The position numbers and the translations under genes were made by a program. A stretch of DNA of 64,000 bases. Source: Antedon mediterranea. Taxonomy: Eukaryota > Animalia > Echinodermata. The notes beneath the pieces are model-generated. The model was not told the origin of the DNA and searched no databases. It worked only from the letters and a program-made list of their open reading frames with translations. Where the stretch lies: positions 1 through 64,000 of the forward strand of contig NW_027306095.1 in the NCBI RefSeq assembly GCF_964355755.1, written 5' to 3'. Within the stretch, counting starts at the first letter, position 1. Every line of letters starts with the position of its first letter. Shown one piece after another: positions 1-10,852 of the stretch.

Positions 1-905
1 AATGCACAAAATTGTCTAAAACGTCTCCAAATACGATATTAAGCTATTGTATGCACTTTGATGTTTTTGAGTGAAAAGTTTTTTCGAAATGCACAAAATG
101 TTCTAAAACGTCTCCAAATGCGATTTGGAGCTCTTTTGTGCACTTTAATTTTTTTTGTGTAAAAAGTTTGCTATTTTGTGCACTTTTAATGTTTTGTGTG
201 AAAAGTTTTATCGAAATGCTCAAAATTGTCTAAAACGGTTTCAAATGTGATTTTAAGCACTTTGATATTTTTGTGTAATCAAGTTTTTTCGAAATGCACA
301 ACATGGTCTAAAACGTCTCCAAATGCGATTTGAAGCTATTTTGTGCACTTTGATGTTTTTGTGTGAAAAGTTTCATCGAAATGCACAAAATGGTCTAAAA
401 CGTCTCTAAATGCGATTTGAAGCTATTTTGTGCACTTTGATGTTTTTGTGTGAAAAGTTTCATCGAAATGCACAAAATGGTCTAAAACGTCTCTAAATGC
501 GATTTGAAGATATTTTGTGCACTTTGTCGTTTTTGTGTGAAAAGTTTCATCGAAATGCTCAAAATGGTCTAAAACGTCTCCAAATGCGATTTGAAGCTAT
601 TTTGTGCACTTTGATGTTTTTTTCTGAAAAGTTTCATCGAAATGCACAAAATGGTCTAAAACGTCTCTAAATGCGATTTGAAGCTTTTTTGTGCACTTTG
701 ATGTTTTTGTGTGAAAAGTTTCATCGAAATGCACAAAATGGTCTAAAACGTCTCTAAATGCGATTTGAAGCTATTTTGTGCACTTTGATGTTTTTTTGTG
801 AAAAGTTTCATCGAAATGCACAAAATGGTCTAAAACGTCTCTAAATGCGATTTGAAGCTATTTTGTGCACTTTGTCGTTTTTGTGTGAAAAGTTTCATCG
901 AAATG
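1..905 (+). repeat. Satellite block 1, forward orientation
   Basis: Reads as the consensus (gctattttgtgcactttgatg) up to the palindrome centre at 905/906. Confidence 0.97.
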
Positions 906-921
906 CATTTCGATGAAACTT
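890..921. other. 32-bp perfect palindrome at inversion junction (copy 1)
   Basis: aagtttcatcgaaatg|catttcgatgaaactt, no spacer. Confidence 0.97.
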
Positions 922-3900
922 GATTACACAAAAATATCAAAGTGCTTAAAATCACATTTGAAACCGTTTTAGACCATTTTGAGCATTTCGATAAAACTTT
1001 TCACACAAAACATCAAAGTGCACAAAATAACTTCAAATCGCAATTGGAGACGTTTTAGACCATTTTGTGCATTTCGATGAAACTTTTCACACAAAAACGA
1101 CAAAGTGCACAAAATAGCTTCAAATCGCATTTAGAGACGTTTTAGACAATTTTGTACATTTCGATGAAACTGGATTACACAAAACATCAAAGTGCACAAA
1201 ATTGCTTCAAATCGCATTTGGAGACGTTTTAGACCATTTTGTGCATTTCGAAAAAACTTTTCACACAAAAACGACAAAGTGCACAAAATAGCTTCAAATC
1301 GCATTTGCAGACGTTTTAGAACATTTTGTGCATTTCGATGAAACTTTTCACACAAAAACATCAAAGTGCACAAAATTGCTTCAAATCGCATTTGGAGACG
1401 TTTTAGACCATTTTGAGCATTTCGATGAAACTTTTCACACAAAAACATCAAAGTGCACAAAATTGCTTCAAATCGCATTTGGAGACGTTTAGACCATTTT
1501 GAGCATTTCGATGAAATTTTTCACACAAAAACATCAAAGTGCACAAAATACCTTCAAATCGCATTTGCAGACGTTTTAGACCATTTTGTGCATTTCGATG
1601 AAACTTTTCACACAAAAACATCAAAGTGCACAAAATTGCTTCAAATCGCATTTGGAGACGTTTTAGACCATTTTGAGCATTTCGATGAAACTTTTCACAC
1701 AAAAACGACAAAGTGCACAAAATAGCTTCAAATCGCATTTAAAGACGTTTTTAGACCATTTTGTGCATTTCGATGAAACTTTTCACAAAAAAACATCAAA
1801 GTGCACTAAATAGCTTCAAATCGCATTTAGAGAAGTTTTAGACCATTTTGTGCATTTCGATGAAACTTTTCACACAAAAACATCAAAGTGCACAAAATAG
1901 CTTCAAATCGCATTTAGAGACGTTTTAGACCATTTTGTGCATTTCGATGAAACTTTTCAGAAAAAAACATCAAAGTGCACAAAATAGCTTCAAATCGCAT
2001 TTGGAGACGTTTTAGACCATTTTGAGCATTTCGATGAAACTTTTCACACAAAAACGACAAAGTGCACAAAATAGCTTCAAATCGCATTTAGAGACGTTTT
2101 AGACCATTTTGTGCATTTCGATGAAACTTTTCACACAAAAACATCAAAGTGCACAAAATAGCTTCAAATCGCATTTAGAGACGTTTTAGACCATTTTGAG
2201 CATTTCGATGAAACTTGATTACACAAAAATATCAAAGTGCTTAAAATCACATTTGAAACCGTTTTAGACCATTTTGAGCATTTCGATAAAACTTTTCACA
2301 CAAAACATCAAAGTGCACAAAATAACTTCAAATCGCATTTGGAGACGTTTTAGACCATTTTGTGCATTTCGAATAAACTTTTCACACAAAAACATCAAAG
2401 TGCACAAATAGCTTCAAATCGCATTTGGAGACGTTTTAGACCATGTTGTGCATTTCGAAAAAACTTGATTACACAAAAATATCAAAGTGCTTAAAATCAC
2501 ATTTGAAACCGTTTTAGACAATTTTGAGCATTTCGATAAAACTTTTCACACAAAACATTAAAGTGCACAAAATAGCAAACTTTTTACACAAAACATCAAA
2601 GTGCACAAAAGAGCTCCAAATCGCATTGGGAGACGTTTTAGACCATTTTGTGCATTTCGAAAAAACTTTTCACTCAAAAACATCAAAGTGCATACAATAG
2701 CTTAATATCGTATTTGGAGACGTTTTAGACAATTTTGTGCATTTTAATGAAACTTTTCACACAAAAACATCAAAGTGCACAAAATAGCTTCAAATCGCAT
2801 TTGCAGACGTTTTAAACCATTTAGTGCATTTCGATGAAACTTGATTACACAAAAACATCAAAGTGCTTAAAATCACATTTGAAACCGTTTTAGACCATTT
2901 TGAGAATTTCGATAAAACTTTTCACACAAAACATTAAAGTGCACAAAATAGCTTTAAATCGCATTTGCAGACGTTTTAGACCATTTTGTGCATTTCGATG
3001 AAACTTGATTACACAAAAATATCATCAAAGTGCTTAAAATCACATTTGAAACCGTTTTAGACCATTTTGAGCATTTCGATAAAACTTTTCACACAAAACA
3101 TCAAAGTGCACAAAATAACTTCAAATCGCAATTGGAGACGTTTTAGACCATTTTGTGCATTTCGATGAAACTTTTCACACAAAAACGACAAAGTGCACAA
3201 AATAGCTTCAAATCGCATTTAGAGACGTTTTAGACAATTTTATACATTTCGATGAAACTGGATTACACAAAACATCAAAGTGCACAAAATTGCTTCAAAT
3301 CGCATTTGGAGACGTTTTAGACCATTTTGTGCATTTCGAAAAAACTTTTCACACAAAAACGACAAAGTGCACAAAATAGCTTCAAATCGCATTTGCAGAC
3401 GTTTTAGACCATTTTGTGCATTTCGATGAAACTTTTCACACAAAAACATCAAAGTGCACAAAATTGCTTCAAATCGCATTTGGAGACGTTTTAGACCATT
3501 TTGAGCATTTCGATGAAACTTTTCACACAAAAACGACAAAGTGCACAAAATAGCTTCAAATCGCATTTAGAGACGTTTTAGACAATTTTGTGCCTTTCGA
3601 TGAAACTTTTCACAAAAAAACATCAAAGTGCACAAAATAGCTTCAAATCGCATTTGCAGACGTTTTAGACCATTTTGTGCATTTCGATGAAACTTTTCAC
3701 ACAAAAACATCAAAGTGCACAAAATTGCTTCAAATCGCATTTGGAGACGTTTTAGACCATTTTGAGCATTTCGATGAAACTTTTCACACAAAAACGACAA
3801 AGTGCACAAAATAGCTTCAAATCGCATTTAGAGACGTTTTAGACCATTTTGTGCATTCCGATGAAACTTTTCACAAAAAAACATCAAAGTGCACAAAATA

Positions 3901-4065
3901 GCTTCAAATCGCATTTAGAGACGTTTTAGACCATTTTGTGCATTTCGATGAAACTTTTCACACAAAAATATCAAAGTGCACAAAATAGCTTCAAATCGCA
4001 TTTAGAGACGTTTTAGACCATTTTGAGCATTTCGATGAAACTTTTCACACAAAAACGACAAAGTG
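906..4065 (-). repeat. Satellite block 2, reverse orientation
   Basis: Reads catcaaagtgcacaaaatagc, the reverse complement of the consensus. Confidence 0.97.
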
Positions 4066-4075
4066 AAAAGTTTTT
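4055..4075. other. Reverse-to-forward inversion junction with AGTG microhomology
   Basis: Reverse monomer gacaaAGTG(cac) is joined to forward variant (g)AGTGaaaagttttttcg; the shared bases are 4062-4065. Confidence 0.9.
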
Positions 4076-7000
4076 TCGAAATACACAAAATGGTCTAAAA
4101 CGTCTCCAAATGCGATTTGGAGCTCTTTTGTGCACTTTGATGTTTTGTGTCAAAAGTTTTATAGAAATGCTCGAAATGGTCTAAAACGGTATCAAATGTG
4201 ATTTTAAGCACTTTCATGTTTTTGTGTAGCCAAGTTTCATCGAAATGCACAAAAAAATCTAAAACGTCTCCAAATGCGATTTAAAGCTATTTTGTGCACT
4301 TTAATATTTTGTGTGAAAAGTTTTATCGAAATTCTCAAAATGGTCTAAAACGGTTTCAAATGTGATTTTAAGCACTTTGATGTTTTTGTGTTATCAAGTT
4401 TCATCGAAATGCACAAAATGGTTTAAAACGTCTGCAAATGCGATTTGAAGCTATTTTGTGCACTTTGATGTTTTGTGTAATCCAGTTTCATCGAAATGTA
4501 CAAAATTGTCTAAAACGTCTCTAAATGCGATTTGAAGCTATTTTGTGCACTTTGTCGTTTTTGTGTGAAAAGTTTCATCGAAATGCTCAAAATGGTCTTA
4601 AACGGTTTCAAATGTGATTTTAAGCACTTTGATATTTTTGTGTAATCAAGTTTTTTCGAAATGCACAAAATGGTCTAAAACGTCTCCAAATGCGATTTAA
4701 AGCTATTTTGTGCACTTTAATGTTTTGTGTGAAAAGTTTTATCGAAATGCTCAAAATGGTCTAAAACGGTTTCAAATGTGATTTTAAGCACCTTGATGTT
4801 TTTGTGTAATCAAGTTTCATCGAAATGCACAAAATGGTTTAAAACGTCTGCAAATGCGATTTGAAGCTATTTTGTGCACTTTGATGTTTTTTGTAATCCA
4901 GTTTCATCGAAATGTACAAAATTGTCTAAAACGTCTCTAAATGCGATTTGAAGCTATTTTGTGCACTTTGTCGTTTTTATGTGAAAAGTTTCATCGAAAT
5001 GCTCAAAATGGTCTAAAACGTCTACAAATGCGATTTGAAGCTATTTTGTGCACTTTGATGTTTTTGTGTGAAAAGTTTCATCGAAATGCACAAAATGGTC
5101 TAAAACGGTTTCAAATGTGATTTTAAGCACTTTGATATTTTTGTGTAATCAAGTTTTTTCGAAATGCACAAAATGGTCTAAAACGTCTCCAATTGCGATT
5201 TGAAGTTATTTTGTGCACTTTGATGTTTTGTGTGAAAAGTTTTATCGAAATTCTCAAAATGGTCTAAAACGGTTTCAAATGTGATTTTAAGCACTTTGAT
5301 ATTTTTGTGTAATCAAGTTTCATCAAAATGCACAAAATGGTCTAAAACGTCTGCAAATGCGATTTAAAGCTATTTTGTCCACTTTAATGTTTTGTGTGAA
5401 AAGTTTTATCGAAATTCTCAAAATGGTCTAAAACGGTTTCAAATGTGATTTTAAGCACTTTGATGTTTTTGTGTAATCAAGTTTCATCGAAATGCACAAA
5501 ATGGTTTAAAACGTCTGCAAATGGGATTTGAAGCTATTTTGTGCACTTTGATGTTTTGTGTAATCCAGTTTCATCGAAATGTACAAAATTGTCTAAAACC
5601 TCTCAAAATGCGATTTGAAGCTATTTTGTGCACTTTGATGTTTTTGTGTGAAAAGTTTCATCGAAATGCACAAAATTGTCTAAAACGTCTCTAAATGCGA
5701 TTTGAAGCTATTTTGTGCACTTTGTCGTTTTTGTGTGAAAAGTTTTCTCGAAATGCACAAAATGGTCTAAAACGTCTCCAAATGCGATTTGAAGCAATTT
5801 TGTGCACTTTGATGTTTTGTGTAATCCAGTTTCATCGAAATGTACAAAATTGTCTAAAACGTCTCTAAATGCGATTTGAAGCTATTTTGTGCACTTTGTC
5901 GTTTTTGTGTGAAAAGTTTTTTCGAAATGCACAAAATGGTCTAAAACGTCTCCAATTGCGATTTGAAGTTATTTTGTGCACTTTGATGTTTTGTGTGAAA
6001 AGTTTTATCGAAATGCTCAAAATGGTCTAAAACGGTTTCAAATGTGATTTTAAGCACTTTGATATTTTTGTGTAATCAAGTTTCATCGAAATGCACAAAA
6101 TGGTCTAAAACGTCTGCAAATGCGATTTAAAGCTATTTTGTGCACTTTAATGTTTTGTGTGAAAAGTTTTATCGAAATTCTCAAAATGGTCTAAAACGGT
6201 TTCAAATGTGATTTTAAGCACTTTGATGTTTTTGTGTAATCAAGTTTCATCGAAATGCACAAAATGGTTTAAAACGTCTGCAAATGCGATTTGAAGCTAT
6301 TTTGTGCACTTTGATGTTTTTGTGTGAAAAGTTTCATCGAAATGCACAAAATTGTCTAAAACGTCTCCAAATACGATATTAAGCTATTGTATGCACTTTG
6401 ATGTTTTTGAGTGAAAAGTTTTTTCGAAATGCACAAAATGTTCTAAAACGTCTCCAAAGGCGATTTGGAGCTCTTTTGTGCACTTTAATTTTTTTTGTGT
6501 AAAAAGTTTGCTATTTTGTGCACTTTTAATGTTTTGTGTGAAAAGTTTTATCGAAATGCTCAAAATGGTCTAAAACGTCTCCAAATGCGATTTGAAGCAA
6601 TTTTGTGCACTTTGATGTTTTGTGTAATCCAGTTTCATCGAAATGTACAAAATTGTCTAAAACGTCTCTAAATGCGATTTGAAGCTATTTTGTGCACTTT
6701 GTCGTTTTTGTGTGAAAAGTTTTTTCGAAATGCACAAAATGGTCTAAAACGTCTCCAATTGCGATTTGAAGTTATTTTGTGCACTTTGATGTTTTGTGTG
6801 AAAAGTTTTATCGAAATGCTCAAAATGGTCTAAAACGGTTTCAAATGTGATTATAAGCACTTTGATATTTTTGTGTAATCAAGTTTCATCGAAATGCACA
6901 AAATGGTCTAAAACGTCTGCAAATGCGATTTAAAGCTATTTTGTGCACTTTAATGTTTTGTGTGAAAAGTTTTATCGAAATTCTCAAAATGGTCTAAAAC

Positions 7001-8048
7001 GGTTTCAAATGTGATTTTAAGCACTTTGATGTTTTTGTGTAATCAAGTTTCATCGAAATGCACAAAATGGTTTAAAACGTCTGCAAATGCGATTTGAAGC
7101 TATTTTGTGCACTTTGATGTTTTTGTGTGAAAAGTTTCATCGAAATGCACAAAATTGTCTAAAACGTCTCCAAATACGATATTAAGCTATTGTATGCACT
7201 TTGATGTTTTTGAGTGAAAAGTTTTTTCGAAATGCACAAAATGTTCTAAAACGTCTCCAAATGCGATTTGGAGCTCTTTTGTGCACTTTAATTTTTTTTG
7301 TGTAAAAAGTTTGCTATTTTGTGCACTTTTAATGTTTTGTGTGAAAAGTTTTATCGAAATGCTCAAAATTGTCTAAAACGGTTTCAAATGTGATTTTAAG
7401 CACTTTGATATTTTTGTGTAATCAAGTTTTTTCGAAATGCACAACATGGTCTAAAACGTCTCCAAATGCGATTTGAAGCTATTTTGTGCACTTTGATGTT
7501 TTTGTGTGAAAAGTTTCATCGAAATGCACAAAATGGTCTAAAACGTCTCTAAATGCGATTTGAAGCTATTTTGTGCACTTTGATGTTTTTGTGTGAAAAG
7601 TTTCATCGAAATGCACAAAATGGTCTAAAACGTCTCTAAATGCGATTTGAAGATATTTTGTGCACTTTGTCGTTTTTGTGTGAAAAGTTTCATCGAAATG
7701 CTCAAAATGGTCTAAAACGTCTCCAAATGCGATTTGAAGCTATTTTGTGCACTTTGATGTTTTTTTCTGAAAAGTTTCATCGAAATGCACAAAATGGTCT
7801 AAAACGTCTCTAAATGCGATTTGAAGCTTTTTTGTGCACTTTGATGTTTTTGTGTGAAAAGTTTCATCGAAATGCACAAAATGGTCTAAAACGTCTCTAA
7901 ATGCGATTTGAAGCTATTTTGTGCACTTTGATGTTTTTTTGTGAAAAGTTTCATCGAAATGCACAAAATGGTCTGAAACGTCTCTAAATGCGATTTGAAG
8001 CTATTTTGTGCACTTTGTCGTTTTTGTGTGAAAAGTTTCATCGAAATG
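4062..8048 (+). repeat. Satellite block 3, forward orientation, rich in 86/78-bp variants
   Basis: Forward consensus from ...gacaaAGTGaaaagttttttcg to the palindrome centre at 8048/8049. Confidence 0.97.
5760..7368 (+). repeat. Tandem duplication, 803-bp (9-monomer) unit, 2 copies
   Basis: acgtctccaaatacgatatt at 6361 and 7164; 4x87+2x86+2x78+127=803. Confidence 0.8.
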
Positions 8049-10852
8049 CATTTCGATGAAACTTGATTACACAAAAATATCAAAGTGCTTAAAATCACAT
8101 TTGAAACCGTTTTAGACCATTTTGAGCATTTCGATAAAACTTTTCACACAAAACATCAAAGTGCACAAAATAACTTCAAATCGCAATTGGAGACGTTTTA
8201 GACCATTTTGTGCATTTCGATGAAACTTTTCACACAAAAACGACAAAGTGCACAAAATAGCTTCAAATCGCATTTAGAGACGTTTTAGACAATTTTGTAC
8301 ATTTCGATGAAACTGGATTACACAAAACATCAAAGTGCACAAAATTGCTTCAAATCGCATTTGGAGACGTTTTAGACCATTTTGTGCATTTCGAAAAAAC
8401 TTTTCACACAAAAACGACAAAGTGCACAAAATAGCTTCAAATCGCATTTGCAGACGTTTTAGAACATTTTGTGCATTTCGATGAAACTTTTCACACAAAA
8501 ACATCAAAGTGCACAAAATTGCTTCAAATCGCATTTGGAGACGTTTTAGACCATTTTGAGCATTTCGATGAAACTTTTCACACAAAAACATCAAAGTGCA
8601 CAAAATTGCTTCAAATCGCATTTGGAGACGTTTTAGACCATTTTGAGCATTTCGATGAAATTTTTCACACAAAAACATCAAAGTGCACAAAATACCTTCA
8701 AATCGCATTTGCAGACGTTTTAGACCATTTTGTGCATTTCGATGAAACTTTTCACACAAAAACATCAAAGTGCACAAAATTGCTTCAAATCGCATTTGGA
8801 GACGTTTTAGACCATTTTGAGCATTTCGATGAAACTTTTCACACAAAAACGACAAAGTGCACAAAATAGCTTCAAATCGCATTTAAAGACGTTTTAGACC
8901 ATTTTGTGCATTTCGATGAAACTTTTCACAAAAAAACATCAAAGTGCACTAAATAGCTTCAAATCGCATTTAGAGAAGTTTTAGACCATTTTGTGCATTT
9001 CGATGAAACTTTTCACACAAAAACATCAAAGTGCACAAAATAGCTTCAAATCGCATTTAGAGACGTTTTAGACCATTTTGTGCATTTCGATGAAACTTTT
9101 CAGAAAAAAACATCAAAGTGCACAAAATAGCTTCAAATCGCATTTGGAGACGTTTTAGACCATTTTGAGCATTTCGATGAAACTTTTCACACAAAAACGA
9201 CAAAGTGCACAAAATAGCTTCAAATCGCATTTAGAGACGTTTTAGACCATTTTGTGCATTTCGATGAAACTTTTCACACAAAAACATCAAAGTGCACAAA
9301 ATAGCTTCAAATCGCATTTAGAGACGTTTTAGACCATTTTGAGCATTTCGATGAAACTTGATTACACAAAAATATCAAAGTGCTTAAAATCACATTTGAA
9401 ACCGTTTTAGACCATTTTGAGCATTTCGATAAAACTTTTCACACAAAACATCAAAGTGCACAAAATAACTTCAAATCGCATTTGGAGACGTTTTAGACCA
9501 TTTTGTGCATTTCGAATAAACTTTTCACACAAAAACATCAAAGTGCACAAAATAGCTTCAAATCGCATTTGGAGACGTTTTAGACCATGTTGTGCATTTC
9601 GAAAAAACTTGATTACACAAAAATATCAAAGTGCTTAAAATCACATTTGAAACCGTTTTAGACAATTTTGAGCATTTCGATAAAACTTTTCACACAAAAC
9701 ATTAAAGTGCACAAAATAGCAAACTTTTTACACAAAACATCAAAGTGCACAAAAGAGCTCCAAATCGCATTGGGAGACGTTTTAGACCATTTTGTGCATT
9801 TCGAAAAAACTTTTCACTCAAAAACATCAAAGTGCATACAATAGCTTAATATCGTATTTGGAGACGTTTTAGACAATTTTGTGCATTTTAATGAAACTTT
9901 TCACACAAAAACATCAAAGTGCACAAAATAGCTTCAAATCGCATTTGCAGACGTTTTAAACCATTTAGTGCATTTCGATGAAACTTGATTACACAAAAAC
10001 ATCAAAGTGCTTAAAATCACATTTGAAACCGTTTTAGACCATTTTGAGAATTTCGATAAAACTTTTCACACAAAACATTAAAGTGCACAAAATAGCTTTA
10101 AATCGCATTTGCAGACGTTTTAGACCATTTTGTGCATTTCGATGAAACTTGATTACACAAAAATATCATCAAAGTGCTTAAAATCACATTTGAAACCGTT
10201 TTAGACCATTTTGAGCATTTCGATAAAACTTTTCACACAAAACATCAAAGTGCACAAAATAACTTCAAATCGCAATTGGAGACGTTTTAGACCATTTTGT
10301 GCATTTCGATGAAACTTTTCACACAAAAACGACAAAGTGCACAAAATAGCTTCAAATCGCATTTAGAGACGTTTTAGACAATTTTATACATTTCGATGAA
10401 ACTGGATTACACAAAACATCAAAGTGCACAAAATTGCTTCAAATCGCATTTGGAGACGTTTTAGACCATTTTGTGCATTTCGAAAAAACTTTTCACACAA
10501 AAACGACAAAGTGCACAAAATAGCTTCAAATCGCATTTGCAGACGTTTTAGACCATTTTGTGCATTTCGATGAAACTTTTCACACAAAAACATCAAAGTG
10601 CACAAAATTGCTTCAAATCGCATTTGGAGACGTTTTAGACCATTTTGAGCATTTCGATGAAACTTTTCACACAAAAACGACAAAGTGCACAAAATAGCTT
10701 CAAATCGCATTTAGAGACGTTTTAGACAATTTTGTGCCTTTCGATGAAACTTTTCACAAAAAAACATCAAAGTGCACAAAATAGCTTCAAATCGCATTTG
10801 CAGACGTTTTAGACCATTTTGTGCATTTCGATGAAACTTTTCACACAAAAAC
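7144..10852. repeat. Direct duplicate of 1-~3708 (offset 7143-7144), including the palindromic junction
   Basis: Shared private variants: gaagatatt (~506/7649), aagctttttt (~681/7824), atatcatc (~3019/10162), tatacatt (~3241/10385). ORF ends 1131 and 8274 differ by 7143. Confidence 0.93.
8033..8064. other. 32-bp perfect palindrome at inversion junction (copy 2)
   Basis: Same sequence and flanks as 890-921, offset 7143. Confidence 0.97.

Noticed and set aside
371-391. CENP-B box-like motif around TTCG/TCGAAATG
   Set aside because: The CGGG half of the canonical TTCGnnnnAnnCGGG box is absent.
890-921. Sequencing fold-back chimera as the cause of the palindromic junction
   Set aside because: The two sides are different monomer types beyond 16 bp, and the junction recurs at 61389 with diverged flanks. 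It still needs read-level confirmation.
1485-2410. Single-base homopolymer indels (~1490, ~1751, ~2408; similar at ~37703 and ~61347)
   Set aside because: They cannot be distinguished from consensus errors and were not treated as biological events.
890-8064. Site-specific invertible (shufflon/phase-variation-like) system
   Set aside because: No recombinase gene is present, the five junction types share no common crossover sequence, and the junction pairs are not reciprocal.
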